This document shows, piece by piece, positions 6,616 through 16,523 of a stretch of 53,721 bases of DNA; within the stretch, counting starts at the first letter, position 1, and the number at the start of each line of letters is the position of its first letter. This DNA comes from Minisyncoccota bacterium (GTDB lineage Bacteria > Patescibacteriota > Minisyncoccia > Phycocordibacterales > UBA6065). The DNA is taken from assembly GCA_035438745.1 (NCBI GenBank), contig DAORIX010000004.1, forward strand, positions 1 through 53,721, in the 5' to 3' direction. The translations under genes and the position numbers were made by a program. A model generated the notes under the pieces. It ran no database searches and was not told the DNA's origin. It saw nothing but the letters and a program-made list of their open reading frames with translations.

Positions 6616-7515
6616 TCAGTTTTTGAGAAATTTTTCTACTGCTTCTTGTATAGCTTTGTTTTCTCCTGGTGCAAACCAGAGAATGTTTTTGTTTCTTCTA
6701 AACCACTGCATTTGTCGTTTTGCATAGTGAACAATTTCTTGTTCAAGTCGTGCAAGCATTTCTTCTTTGTCCATCTTTTTTTGTAGATAGAGAGATACGT
6801 AGCGGTACTCAAGACCAAAAGAGTAAAGTCTTTTCCAAGAAACCCCTTCTTTATGTAGTCTTGCAACTTCTTTTTCCATGGCATTGCTCTCGTTTCTTTT
6901 TAAAAGTCGTGTGTGTATTTTTTCACGGAGTATGTGTGGATCGAGAGTAAGACCAATAAAAAGAGTGTCATAGCGTTTGTTTTTCTTTACGCGGGGCACA
7001 TATCCAAGCGCTGTGGCTATTTCAATTGCTCGGATAATGCGTACTCTGTTCTGAAGATCTAGTTTAGATGCTCTCTGTGTATCGAGGAGTTTTATTTTTT
7101 TTACGAGCGTTTCAGTCGACATTTTTTCAAGTTGAGCTCGAAGTTTTTTGTTCGGTGGAACTGCAGGAAATTCTTCACCTGATATGAGCGCGTCGATATA
7201 GAAACCCGTTCCTCCCGCTATGATGGGCACTTTTTTATTTTTTAGAATGGCCACGATTGCTTTACGTGCATCGTTTTTGAAATGTTCTACAGAGTACACT
7301 TTTTTTGGAGAAAACACGTCGAGTAGGTGGTGAGGGATACCTCGCATTTCATCCGCGGTTATTTTGCCTGAGCCGATATCAAGCCCTCGATAGACCTGAC
7401 GAGAATCAGCAGAGACTATTTCTCCTTGTATTTTTTGTGCAATATACACCGCCAGGTCGCTTTTTCCTGTGGCTGTTGGTCCTACAATCGCAATGACTTT
7501 GGGCTTACTACTCAT
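6616..7515 (-). CDS. miaA: tRNA dimethylallyltransferase
   Basis: GPTATGKS; SADSRQVYRGLDIGSGK; GGTGFY; HYAKRQMQWF. Start moved to 7515. Confidence 0.96.
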   Translation of the reverse strand: MSSKPKVIAIVGPTATGKSDLAVYIAQKIQGEIVSADSRQVYRGLDIGSGKITADEMRGIPHHLLDVFSPKKVYSVEHFKNDARKAIVAILKNKKVPIIAGGTGFYIDALISGEEFPAVPPNKKLRAQLEKMSTETLVKKIKLLDTQRASKLDLQNRVRIIRAIEIATALGYVPRVKKNKRYDTLFIGLTLDPHILREKIHTRLLKRNESNAMEKEVARLHKEGVSWKRLYSFGLEYRYVSLYLQKKMDKEEMLARLEQEIVHYAKRQMQWFRRNKNILWFAPGENKAIQEAVEKFLKN

Positions 7516-7583
7516 GTGCACACACGTTACCAGAAGGAGAAAGCCCGTACAACTATGGATTGAGTTGTACGGGCTTGAAGCCA

Positions 7584-7937
7584 TCACTTACGCATCTTAC
7601 TTACCGTGCTTTTTTCAGGTCGTACTATCTGTGCATTGTGTCCTCGAGAGGTGGAGACAATGTCTTTGATCAGTACCCAATCACCAGTTTGTGGGGGTTG
7701 TTCCTGTTTCCAAGCGCACAAAGACTTTTTTGAGCCGTTATGCGTATTTGAAAAAGAAAAAGTTACGGGTTTTTTTAGTTCAGGGCAGTAAACAAAAGCG
7801 TAACCGATGTCTCCCTTGCGGTCGATACGGTTTACCTTTGCTCTGTACCACTGAGTTTTTTTGGGAGGCGTAGTGACGGAGTGCTGTTGAGGCTCTCTTT
7901 TGAAAAAGAGCTCTCTGATTCTGCTTAACCATCTCAT
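7584..7937 (-). CDS. Hypothetical protein with cold-shock/OB-fold-like C-terminal domain
   Basis: AAAGGAGG SD 5 nt before ATG at 7937; AKVNRIDRKGDIGYAFV...VTFSFS...GDWVLI...SRGHNAQIV resembles CSD beta strands. Confidence 0.65.
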   Translation of the reverse strand: MRWLSRIRELFFKREPQQHSVTTPPKKTQWYRAKVNRIDRKGDIGYAFVYCPELKKPVTFSFSNTHNGSKKSLCAWKQEQPPQTGDWVLIKDIVSTSRGHNAQIVRPEKSTVSKMRK

Positions 7938-8046
7938 AACGTCCTCCTTTGTTGGTCCACATGCAACGTACCACATATTTGCACAATTGCAATATGTAGT
8001 TTGGTTCTCTCACGCAAAGTCTCCCAGACTTTGCTCTCCGGCACGC

Positions 8047-8071
8047 AAAAAGACGCTTTCGCGTCTTTTTT
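8047..8071 (-). terminator. Terminator after tRNA-Leu
   Basis: AAAAAGACGC-TTTC-GCGTCTTTTT. Confidence 0.8.
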
Positions 8072-8155
8072 TGGTGCCGGAGGAGAGACTTGAACTCTCA
8101 CATCTTGCGATACGCGATTTTGAGTCGCGCGTGTCTACCATTCCACCACTCCGGC
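8072..8155 (-). tRNA. trnL: tRNA-Leu(CAA)
   Basis: GCCGGAG acceptor; anticodon arm CGCGA-CUCAAAA-UCGCG; long variable arm; GAGAG-UUCAAGU-CUCUC; ACCA. Confidence 0.95.
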
Positions 8156-8268
8156 TTTTTTATCCTCTAACCACCGTGTATGTAACTTACACTAAAAAAC
8201 AACTTTTCTCAATTTTTGCGGTAATAGTACTACATGGTAAAATAGAGAGACACTCATCATATATTCAT

Positions 8269-9249
8269 ATGTCTAACATCGTAGGAGATTCAGTTTTTTG
8301 GATAGAAACAGAAAAAATACACCCAAATCCCTATCAGCCGAGGAGGGATTTTGATCCTGCTGCACTCAAAGATCTTTCTGAGTCTATTCGTATGTACGGT
8401 GTGCTTCAACCGCTTGTGGTTACTCGTCAGGAAACACAAAAAGAAGACGGTGGTTTGGTTGTTGAGTATGAACTCATCTCTGGAGAGCGTAGACTTCGAG
8501 CGTCGCGTCTCGCCGGACTTCTCACGGTGCCTGCAATTATCAGAAGCGATGCTCAGGATGCACGTCTCAAGCTCGAGCTCGCTATTATAGAAAACCTTCA
8601 GCGTGAAGATCTCAATCCTGTTGATCGCGCACGTTCATTTGATCGATTGGTTACTGAGTTTGATATGAAGCATGCTCAGGTTGCGCTCAAAATAGGAAAG
8701 AGTAGGGAATACGTTTCAAATAGTTTGCGTCTTTTGGGATTGCCCGAGTATATTCTCCAAGCCTTATCTGAAGGAAAAATTACTGAGGGTCATGCTCGTC
8801 CTCTGATGATGTTGTGTGATAGACCCGATGAACAATCAACGTTGTTTAAAGAAATTGTTTTCAAGAAACTTACCGTTCGTGAGACCGAAGGTATTGCCCG
8901 TAGGATTGCGGTTGAGAAAGTGCGAAAGGTAGAGCGCAAATTTGATCCTGAAATAGTTGAGCTTGAAAACAAAGTGTCTCAATCTCTTGGTACGAGAGTT
9001 GCAATCGAGCACAAGCAACAGGGAGGTAAAATCACCATTAGTTTCTTTTCAGATGATGATTTGAAAAACTTGCTTGGTATTATCACCTCTACGTCTGTTT
9101 CAAAAGCAGAAAAAGACAGCGCAAAAGCCATGGCGGAAGTGAGTGCTATAAACGAGAGCGCTACTCCACTGGATGATCGTCCAAAAGAAGAACAAAAGGC
9201 TGACGAGGATGACGGCGAACTCTATTCCCTCAAAAATTTCACTGTTTAA
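8269..9249 (+). CDS. parB: ParB/Spo0J chromosome partitioning protein
   Basis: NPYQPRRDF; GVLQPLVV; ISGERRLRAS; IIENLQREDLN; HTH. Start moved to 8269. Confidence 0.95.
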   Translation: MSNIVGDSVFWIETEKIHPNPYQPRRDFDPAALKDLSESIRMYGVLQPLVVTRQETQKEDGGLVVEYELISGERRLRASRLAGLLTVPAIIRSDAQDARLKLELAIIENLQREDLNPVDRARSFDRLVTEFDMKHAQVALKIGKSREYVSNSLRLLGLPEYILQALSEGKITEGHARPLMMLCDRPDEQSTLFKEIVFKKLTVRETEGIARRIAVEKVRKVERKFDPEIVELENKVSQSLGTRVAIEHKQQGGKITISFFSDDDLKNLLGIITSTSVSKAEKDSAKAMAEVSAINESATPLDDRPKEEQKADEDDGELYSLKNFTV

Positions 9250-9252
9250 ATA

Positions 9253-9278
9253 TAAAACCACCCGAGAGGGTGGTTTTA
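9253..9278. terminator. Bidirectional terminator (AAAACCACC family)
   Basis: TAAAACCACCC-GAGA-GGGTGGTTTTA between convergent parB and topA. Confidence 0.85.
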
Positions 9279-9280
9279 TC

Positions 9281-11521
9281 TTATTCCGCTTTTTTCTTTT
9301 TGGTGAAGCCTCTTGGTTTTTTTGGCTCTTTGATTATTTCGAGTGCTCGGTTGAGTTCGATTGTATATACGTCGTCTGGTTTTTTTACTGATCTAAAATC
9401 TTTGTCATGCACAACGTAGGGACCAAATCTTCCTATGTTTGCGGTAATGGTCTTTCCTGTGTCAGGGTGCGTTCCGAGGGTGCGAGGGAGTGTGAGAAGG
9501 TGTACAGACTGTTCTAGTGTTATTTGCGCAGGGTCTATCTCTTTTGGAATAGACGCCATTTTTGCTTTTTGTGGCTGAACCTCTTCTGTTGGTTCTACTC
9601 CTTCTGTCTTTTTCTTTTTTCGTTTTGGAGGGGCTTTGACGGTTTCTCCCATTTGTACATACGGACCATAGCGTCCCGTCTTTACCGTGATAGGCAGACC
9701 TGTTTCTGGGTGATTTCCAATAACTCGGTCTTTCGGAACCTCACTTCCATCGAGCATAAGCGCTCCGTCACAATCAGGATAACGAGAGCAGGAGAGAAAC
9801 TTTCCAGCACGTCCCAGTTTGATCACCATAGAGCTTCCACACTTTGGACACGTCATGTGTGCGGGGGCATCTCCGAGCGTTGTTGCTTTGTCGAGTTTGT
9901 CTTTGAGTTTTACTTCTTTGAGGAAAGGTTTATAAAATTCTGAAAGTGTTTTTTCGTATGTTCGTTTTCCTTCTGCGATAGCATCGAGCTTGTCTTCCAT
10001 TTCTGCCGTAAAGGTGTCGCTGATGTAGTCTTTGAAGTTATCTTCGAGGAATGAAGAAACCACATCACCTGTGTCTGTTGGTTTGAGTGAACGTCCTTCT
10101 TTCTCTACATACCCGCGTGTTTCAATAGTGCGAATAATAGAAGCGTAGGTCGAAGGTCGTCCGATACCTCGTGTTTCAAGTTCTTTTACAAGACCGGCTT
10201 CAGTGTATCGTGGTGGTGGTTCAGTTTGTTTTTCTTCGGTGCGTACATCAAGCACATGCAGTTTTTCTCCTTTTGTTACTTTTGGAAGTTCTACTTCTTC
10301 GCCTCGTGAGAGGGGATCGGCAGAAAGCCATCCTAAAGAGATCATGCGTGAACCATTTGCTTGAAATGATGGAATAGTTTCTTTTTCTGTCGAAGCGGTG
10401 ATTTTTGTTCGGAGTATTTTCGCATCAGCCATCTGAGAAGAAATAGTGCGTGCCCAGATGAGAGCATAGAGTTTTTGTTGTTCAGGATTTGCTCCTGCTT
10501 TTTCTACTTCTGCGTGTGTTGGACGAATGGCTTCGTGTGCCTCTTGTGCGTTTTTTGATTTGGTTGCGTATGTCTGAAGCGCTACGAGCTCTTTACCGTA
10601 TTTTTTTGTAATTACACTCGCGATGCTCGTTACTGCTTGTGCGCTGAGGTTTGTCGAGTCTGTACGCATGTAGGTAATGAGACCGGCCTCGTAGAGGCGC
10701 TGTGCAACCTGCATGGTTCGTGAAGGTGAAAAGCCAAGGCGAGAGCTCGCTGTTTGTTGTAGTGTTGATGTGGTAAAAGGCGCACGAGGAGATCTCTTTG
10801 TTTCACTTTCTTCAACGCTGGTGACTATCCATGATTCTTTTTTTCCGCGTAACACAATGTCGTCTACTTGTTTTTTATCACGAGGCTCAACCGAACATTC
10901 GAGAGGAAGAGAATCTTTTTTCTGTGTTTTGGTGTCTGCGGTAATACGCCAAAATGTCTCTGGTTTGAATGCTCTGATTTCACGCTCGCGTTCCATGATG
11001 ATACGTAGAGCAGGGGACTGCACACGACCTGCTGAGAGGCCGTAGCGTACTTTTTTCCATATAATCCCCGAAAGGTCATAACCTACGAGCCTATCGAGCA
11101 CACGGCGGGCTTCCTGTGCTTCCTTGAGGTTTTCATCGATAGCACGAGGATGTTTGAGCGCCTCAATAATGGCGTCTTTGGTGATTTCGTGGAATGCAAC
11201 GCGCTTTACATTTTTACCTTTGAAACCACAGGCCTCAGCAATATGCCATGCGATTGCTTCTCCTTCTCGGTCGGGGTCGGTTGCGAGGAGTACTTCGTCC
11301 GCCTTTTTTGCTAGCGACATAATTTCGGCGAGTACCTTTTCTTTTCCTGCGGACACTTCGTAGTGTGGAACAAAACCTGCCTCTATATCAATTGCTTTTT
11401 TGTTTGACTTTGGTAGGTCACGCACATGTCCTATGGATGCGACGACGGTGTATTCGCCACCGAGGTATTTGCCGATTGTTTTTGCTTTTGCTGGCGACTC
11501 AACGATGAGTAGTTTTGACAT
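9281..11521 (-). CDS. topA: DNA topoisomerase I with zinc ribbon and C-terminal Topo_C repeats
   Basis: LIVESPAKAK; ATDPDREGEAI; SAGRVQS; LITYMRTDS; CPKCG; GRYGPY/GRFGPY repeats. Start moved to 11521. Confidence 0.97.
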   Translation of the reverse strand: MSKLLIVESPAKAKTIGKYLGGEYTVVASIGHVRDLPKSNKKAIDIEAGFVPHYEVSAGKEKVLAEIMSLAKKADEVLLATDPDREGEAIAWHIAEACGFKGKNVKRVAFHEITKDAIIEALKHPRAIDENLKEAQEARRVLDRLVGYDLSGIIWKKVRYGLSAGRVQSPALRIIMEREREIRAFKPETFWRITADTKTQKKDSLPLECSVEPRDKKQVDDIVLRGKKESWIVTSVEESETKRSPRAPFTTSTLQQTASSRLGFSPSRTMQVAQRLYEAGLITYMRTDSTNLSAQAVTSIASVITKKYGKELVALQTYATKSKNAQEAHEAIRPTHAEVEKAGANPEQQKLYALIWARTISSQMADAKILRTKITASTEKETIPSFQANGSRMISLGWLSADPLSRGEEVELPKVTKGEKLHVLDVRTEEKQTEPPPRYTEAGLVKELETRGIGRPSTYASIIRTIETRGYVEKEGRSLKPTDTGDVVSSFLEDNFKDYISDTFTAEMEDKLDAIAEGKRTYEKTLSEFYKPFLKEVKLKDKLDKATTLGDAPAHMTCPKCGSSMVIKLGRAGKFLSCSRYPDCDGALMLDGSEVPKDRVIGNHPETGLPITVKTGRYGPYVQMGETVKAPPKRKKKKTEGVEPTEEVQPQKAKMASIPKEIDPAQITLEQSVHLLTLPRTLGTHPDTGKTITANIGRFGPYVVHDKDFRSVKKPDDVYTIELNRALEIIKEPKKPRGFTKKKKAE

Positions 11522-11585
11522 AGTGTTGTAGTGAGTATTACACGAAAGGTTTTTTCTTTGCAAACTGTGGACTATTTTTTGTAAT

Positions 11586-11618
11586 AAAAAAGACCGAGAT
11601 TTTATGTCTCGGTCTTTT
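11586..11618 (-). terminator. Terminator of the 11622-12044 gene
   Basis: AAAAAAGACCGAGAT...GTCTCGGTCTTTT. Confidence 0.75.
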
Positions 11619-11621
11619 GAA

Positions 11622-12044
11622 TTACGCAGGCTTTTTTATGATGGCAAAGCCTAATAGTTCACGATCTTTTTTCTGGTACTCGATAACCGCTGGTTTGTTA
11701 TCGATAATTACCACAACTGAGGTGAACGGATTGAGAAGGCTCGGATCAATTGCAAGTGCTTTGTCCAGCTCTTCTTTTGATATAGGTCTTGAGCCTGTGC
11801 GTTTGAGTTTGTTCACCAGGTTTTCTATTTCCTTAGGTTTATCTTTCGATAGTGCCCTAGTAGGATCATAGAGAACGTAGAGTACAGTTTTTTCATCTAA
11901 GAGTACACAACGGAATTCTGGCAAATAATAGAATGCGTCTCTTTGGCTGATTGAGATGTATCCGATAACGAAAATTAACAGGATGATAAGTCCGCAAACG
12001 AGGAACAACTTAGGTTCCATGAAGGCGAGGATGTGAGTGTGCAT
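11622..12044 (-). CDS. Hypothetical membrane-anchored protein
   Basis: 140-aa ORF with an N-terminal TM helix, followed by a terminator. Confidence 0.65.
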   Translation of the reverse strand: MHTHILAFMEPKLFLVCGLIILLIFVIGYISISQRDAFYYLPEFRCVLLDEKTVLYVLYDPTRALSKDKPKEIENLVNKLKRTGSRPISKEELDKALAIDPSLLNPFTSVVVIIDNKPAVIEYQKKDRELLGFAIIKKPA

Positions 12045-12086
12045 ACTTCACATACAATACAACTCTTATTTAATATAGTCAATATC

Positions 12087-12944
12087 CTATGCTCTGTAGA
12101 TTTTTCCTAAGGATTCATAAACAATTCCTTTTATTTCGAGAAGGGAAATGGTTGATGCAAGCTCGCTTGGTTCAAGCGAGGTTTTATTAGAGAGTTCTTC
12201 GCGTGCCAGAGGTAATTCGAGCGCTTCGATCACCATTCTCTCGGCTTCTGAGAAGGTTTGTAAGTCGAGGTAACTATTTTTTTCTTGCGCATCAAAACCG
12301 AGTGCTTGTATGAGGTCGTCGGGACTAGTGATAGGAGTTGCGCCGAGACGTATGAGCATGTGAGGACCTGCTGAACTTGAAGAAAAAATAGAACCGGGTA
12401 CTGCGTACACATCGCGATTGAAATCTGTTGCGTATTTTGACGTTATGAGTGTTCCTGATTTTATTTCTGCTTCGATGACGAGTACGGCATGTGAAAGTCC
12501 TGCCATGATTCTGTTACGTTGAGGAAAGCTCCACGGCGTCGCTTTGAATGTCGGCTCAAATTCAGAGATGAGACATCCACCGGATTCGATAATGCGTCTC
12601 GCGAGTTGTCTGTGATTTCGAGGGTAGAGGACGCTATCATCAAGTCCTGATCCAGGAACCGCAACGGTAGGTATGTTTTGTGCGAGAGCTTCTTCGTGCG
12701 CTATTGAGTCTATACCAAAGGCGAGTCCTGAGACGATAACAACAGGGAGTCCACGCAGTCCGCGTATGAGTGTTTGGCAAACGTTTTTGCCATAGGGTGT
12801 GTATGATCTCGACCCGACAATAGTGAGAAAACGATGCTCCTGCGAGGGTAGAGTTCCTCGTATGTATATTTTTTTGGGCGGTTCAGGTATTTCCTTCAGT
12901 CGTTCCGGAAAATCGTGCTGTCCGATTTCTCGTATGGAATTCAT
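12087..12944 (-). CDS. dprA: DNA-processing protein DprA
   Basis: IVGSRSYTPYG; VSGLAFGIDS; FPQRNRIMAGLS; SGTLIT; C-terminal winged helix. Confidence 0.96.
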   Translation of the reverse strand: MNSIREIGQHDFPERLKEIPEPPKKIYIRGTLPSQEHRFLTIVGSRSYTPYGKNVCQTLIRGLRGLPVVIVSGLAFGIDSIAHEEALAQNIPTVAVPGSGLDDSVLYPRNHRQLARRIIESGGCLISEFEPTFKATPWSFPQRNRIMAGLSHAVLVIEAEIKSGTLITSKYATDFNRDVYAVPGSIFSSSSAGPHMLIRLGATPITSPDDLIQALGFDAQEKNSYLDLQTFSEAERMVIEALELPLAREELSNKTSLEPSELASTISLLEIKGIVYESLGKIYRA

Positions 12945-13023
12945 GTCAAAGTCATTGTATCATGTGTATTAGTCCAATCATTCGGTCGCAGAAAGGTTTG
13001 CTTTTCATGTAATCTATATATGT

Positions 13024-14280
13024 ATGCTTGATATTAAATTTATTCGAGACAACAAAGACATTATTGCCCTCGGTGCAAAAAAGAAGCACGTCGTTTTTGA
13101 CGTAAATGTACTCATTGGTGTTGATGATAAACGTAAGGAGTTGCTTACTTCGATTGAGAAAAAGAGAGCTGAACAAAACAAAGTAAGCGAAACCATCGCG
13201 ACCTCTCCTAATAAGGGTGAGATTTTGGACACCATGAGGGTTCTCAAAGCTGAGCTTCAGAAAGAAGAGGAAGAATTGAAAACCGTTATGAAAGAATGGC
13301 AGACACTTATGCTTCAGGTTCCTAATATTCCTGATATGTCTGTTCCCGACGGTGCGAGTGATGCCGAAAATCTCGAAGTCAAAACATGGGGAGATAAAAC
13401 TGCGTTTCCTTTTGAACCAAAGGATCATCTCGAAATCATGCAAAATCTCGGTATGGTTGATTTTGAGCGTGGCGCAAAGGTGCATGGTTTTCGTGGATAT
13501 TTTTTGACAGGTGCGGGCGCACAACTTTCTTTTGCTATTTGGAGCTATGCAATGCAATTTTTCTCAGCGCGTGGATTTGTTCCTGTTATCCCTCCTGTGA
13601 TTGTTCGTAAGCAAAATCTCTACGGCACAGCGCATCTTCCGGGTGATGTTGAGGATTTTTATACTACTCAGGACGGTGATGTGCTCGCTGGTACTGCTGA
13701 GGTTCCTCTTATGGCTCTCCACTCCGAAGAAACTCTCGATGCAAAAAAATTCCCTATAAAGTATTTAGGTTTTTCTCCGTGTTTTAGACGTGAGGCAGGA
13801 AGTCATAGTAAAGACGTCAAAGGCCTCATTCGTGTTCATGAGTTTTATAAACTCGAACAGGTTATTTTGTGCGAAGCGAGTCATGAGACATCGGTACGTC
13901 TCCATGATGAGCTCAACAAAAATACCGAAGAGTTTATCGAGTCTCTCGGTATTCCATATCATACCGTTATAAATTGTGGTGGTGACTTGGGATTGGGTCA
14001 GGTCAAAAAATACGATATTGAATTATGGGTCCCTAAAGAGGGTCGTTATCGAGAAATTTCTTCAGCATCTTATTTCCACGATTTTCAGACTCGCCGTTTT
14101 AACATCCGCTACAAAGATGCAGAGGGTAAACTTCGCTACGCGCACTCTCTCAACTGCACCGCTATCCCAACACCACGTATCCTCGTTTCTCTCGTTGAAA
14201 ATAATCAACAGGCAGATGGATCGGTTATCGTTCCTCCTGTTTTGCGTCCATTTTTCGGCAGTGATGTTATAAAGAAATAA
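13024..14280 (+). CDS. serS: Serine-tRNA ligase
   Basis: MLDIKFIR; GTAEVPL; CFRREAGS; RVHEFYKLEQ; EISSAS. Confidence 0.97.
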   Translation: MLDIKFIRDNKDIIALGAKKKHVVFDVNVLIGVDDKRKELLTSIEKKRAEQNKVSETIATSPNKGEILDTMRVLKAELQKEEEELKTVMKEWQTLMLQVPNIPDMSVPDGASDAENLEVKTWGDKTAFPFEPKDHLEIMQNLGMVDFERGAKVHGFRGYFLTGAGAQLSFAIWSYAMQFFSARGFVPVIPPVIVRKQNLYGTAHLPGDVEDFYTTQDGDVLAGTAEVPLMALHSEETLDAKKFPIKYLGFSPCFRREAGSHSKDVKGLIRVHEFYKLEQVILCEASHETSVRLHDELNKNTEEFIESLGIPYHTVINCGGDLGLGQVKKYDIELWVPKEGRYREISSASYFHDFQTRRFNIRYKDAEGKLRYAHSLNCTAIPTPRILVSLVENNQQADGSVIVPPVLRPFFGSDVIKK

Positions 14281-14287
14281 ATAGTCT

Positions 14288-15118
14288 ATGGCTCGCTCCC
14301 ACGTACGAGTGCATGGTCAGCAAAAAATAAAAGCACGCAGAAACAAGAAACGCTTACTTGTTTCGCTTTTGGTTTTTGCACTGGTTGGCGTGAGCGTTTC
14401 TGGTATTTCTTTTCTTTCTTTTTTGCCGAGCATGACGATTCGTACAGTCACGGTGTCTTCGGTATTTGATTCTCACGAAAAGATTCGCTCATATGTCGAG
14501 GAACAGCTCGCAAAAAATAGAGCATGGTTTTTTTCTGGTAAGAACTCTTTTTTGTATGCTGGTTCGGCATTGCGAGAGGGAATTGCAGAGGCGTTTCCCG
14601 AAGTGCGTGACGTTTCAATAAAACGTTCTGGCCTCGGAGCACTCGTTATTTCTGGTGTACCTCGTACGCCTCATGCTCTCTGGTGCGCTGACACTGATAC
14701 CTGTGTTGGGCTTGATGAGTCAGGTTTTGCTTTTGCTTTGTCTTCTCGTGATGATGATTCGTATGTTCATTTTTATACCCAAGGTTCCACTACACCCGAG
14801 GCAGGTTTCTACATCACGCAATCAAGTGATTTCAAGACAACGCTCTTTTTTGTTCAAGAGCTCAAAACGCTCGGTTTATCTGTTCATAAGGTGATATACA
14901 AGAATGATTCAGAACTTCACATAGTATTTAGTGAAGGAGGCACACTTATTATTGATCCTCGAGATGATTTGTCGCGCATAAAAGTACGTATCGAAGCTTT
15001 GATAGAAGATAGAGATATTGCTTTCTCGACACCTACCTTTATGAAGGCACTCGATTATATTGATATGCGCTACGGTTCAAAACTGGTCTACAGAATGAAA
15101 GATGGAACTATTCGATAG
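14288..15118 (+). CDS. FtsQ/DivIB-like bitopic protein (POTRA domain)
   Basis: Basic N-terminus, single TM segment, POTRA-like region; C-terminal DYIDMRYGSKLVY. Confidence 0.7.
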   Translation: MARSHVRVHGQQKIKARRNKKRLLVSLLVFALVGVSVSGISFLSFLPSMTIRTVTVSSVFDSHEKIRSYVEEQLAKNRAWFFSGKNSFLYAGSALREGIAEAFPEVRDVSIKRSGLGALVISGVPRTPHALWCADTDTCVGLDESGFAFALSSRDDDSYVHFYTQGSTTPEAGFYITQSSDFKTTLFFVQELKTLGLSVHKVIYKNDSELHIVFSEGGTLIIDPRDDLSRIKVRIEALIEDRDIAFSTPTFMKALDYIDMRYGSKLVYRMKDGTIR

Positions 15119-15153
15119 AAACATTTGTGGGTGTGTGTTAGTCTAACGTGTCT

Positions 15154-16122
15154 ATGTCTTCTTTTTGGAAAAAACTCAATAAGCCCTTTTTTGTTTTGGC
15201 GCCGATGGCCGATGTCACCGATGCTGCTTTTAGGCGTGTTATTGCCGAGCATGGAAAGCCTGATGTTACTTGGACTGAATTTGTCTCGGCAGATGGACTC
15301 GTGTCTCCGGGGAGGGCAGTACTTCAAAAGGATTTGATGTATACAGAGGGCGAGCGACCGATTGTTGCTCAGCTCTTTGGTTCACATCCAGAAAAAATGC
15401 GGGAAGCATCTCGTCTTGTCGCAGAGCTTGGCTTCGATGGTATTGATATCAACATGGGATGTCCTGATCGTAGTATCGAAAAGCAGGGTGCGGGCGCTGC
15501 CATGATAAAGAATCCAAAGAAGGCACGTGAGATTATTCGTGCTGCACGGGAGGGAAGTATCATCGCTGGGCGACCTCTGCCTATTTCAGTCAAAACACGT
15601 ATTGGTTATTCAAAAAATGAAATAGCCACATGGATACCCGAGCTCCTCTCTGAAGACATCGCCGCACTCACCATACATTGTCGTACACGCAAGGAGATGT
15701 CTCTCGTGCCCGCACGCTGGGAACATGTCCGTGAGGTTGTTGCTCTCCGCGACGCCATGAAAAAAGATACGCTCATTATTGGAAACGGTGATGCTGTGAG
15801 TATTGCTGACGCACGTATCAAAGCAGAGGAGAGTGGTGCGGATGGTGTGATGCTTGGCCGAGCAATTTTCGGTAACCCATGGTTGTTTAGTGAAAAAGTT
15901 GTTTCGGTAAAAGAAAAATTACTCACCATGGCAAACCACACAGAGCTTTTTGAGAAACTCCTCGGTGGTACAAAGAGTTTTGCGATCATGAAGAAACATT
16001 ACAAGGCGTATGTGAATGGTTTTGATGGGGCAAAAGAATTACGTGTTCGTCTCATGGAGACAGAAAATGCACAGCAGGTGCGAGCTATTGTAGAGGATTA
16101 TATTAAGAACATTCACCTCTAA
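15154..16122 (+). CDS. dus: tRNA-dihydrouridine synthase
   Basis: LAPMADVTD; DINMGCP; VKTRIG; IGNGD; DGVMLGRAIFGNPW. Confidence 0.95.
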   Translation: MSSFWKKLNKPFFVLAPMADVTDAAFRRVIAEHGKPDVTWTEFVSADGLVSPGRAVLQKDLMYTEGERPIVAQLFGSHPEKMREASRLVAELGFDGIDINMGCPDRSIEKQGAGAAMIKNPKKAREIIRAAREGSIIAGRPLPISVKTRIGYSKNEIATWIPELLSEDIAALTIHCRTRKEMSLVPARWEHVREVVALRDAMKKDTLIIGNGDAVSIADARIKAEESGADGVMLGRAIFGNPWLFSEKVVSVKEKLLTMANHTELFEKLLGGTKSFAIMKKHYKAYVNGFDGAKELRVRLMETENAQQVRAIVEDYIKNIHL

Positions 16123-16192
16123 AGACACTTGTTAAAAATCCTTGAAATATAAGGGTTTTTTATAGATAGAGGTATTTTCTAGGTAGAGATTG

Positions 16193-16220
16193 TTGACAAT
16201 ATTTTTGGATGTGCTATAAT
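16193..16220 (+). promoter_or_regulatory. Consensus sigma70 promoter (extended -10)
   Basis: TTGACA, 16 bp, TATAAT preceded by TGc. Confidence 0.8.
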
Positions 16221-16260
16221 TACATAGTAAACATTTAGTCATGTCATGTGACTAAATGAT

Positions 16261-16347
16261 ATGCTCATCACAAGAACCCGACCCAAAAAGAAAGGAGAAT
16301 TGTTTGCCGGTGCACCCGTGAAAAACTCGAAACATCGTTTCGAATAA
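16261..16347 (+). CDS. Possible 28-aa basic small protein MLITRTRPKKKGELFAGAPVKNSKHRFE
   Basis: First ATG after the 5' hairpin of the 16227 transcript. Confidence 0.3.
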   Translation: MLITRTRPKKKGELFAGAPVKNSKHRFE

Positions 16348-16523
16348 GTAATGGGCTCGTAGCTACTAAATTACCCATCGGAACCTTCACCAGATAAAAT
16401 ACGCCCCAAACCCATTTCGGCCTTCCAAATACTCAGAACCCGTTTTATAGGAAAGAAATTTCTAAGGAAAACGGGCTGGTAAAATCAAGTAAAAAATTTT
16501 AGGGTGACGGAGTTTTCACACCC

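Noticed and set aside
6616-6618. UGA recoding (code 25, as in Gracilibacteria)
   Set aside because: miaA ends at TGA at the expected position, and long core genes are uninterrupted under code 11.
8156-9280. parS sites or parA next to parB
   Set aside because: No TGTTTCACGTGAAACA-like palindrome or ParA ORF found by eye.
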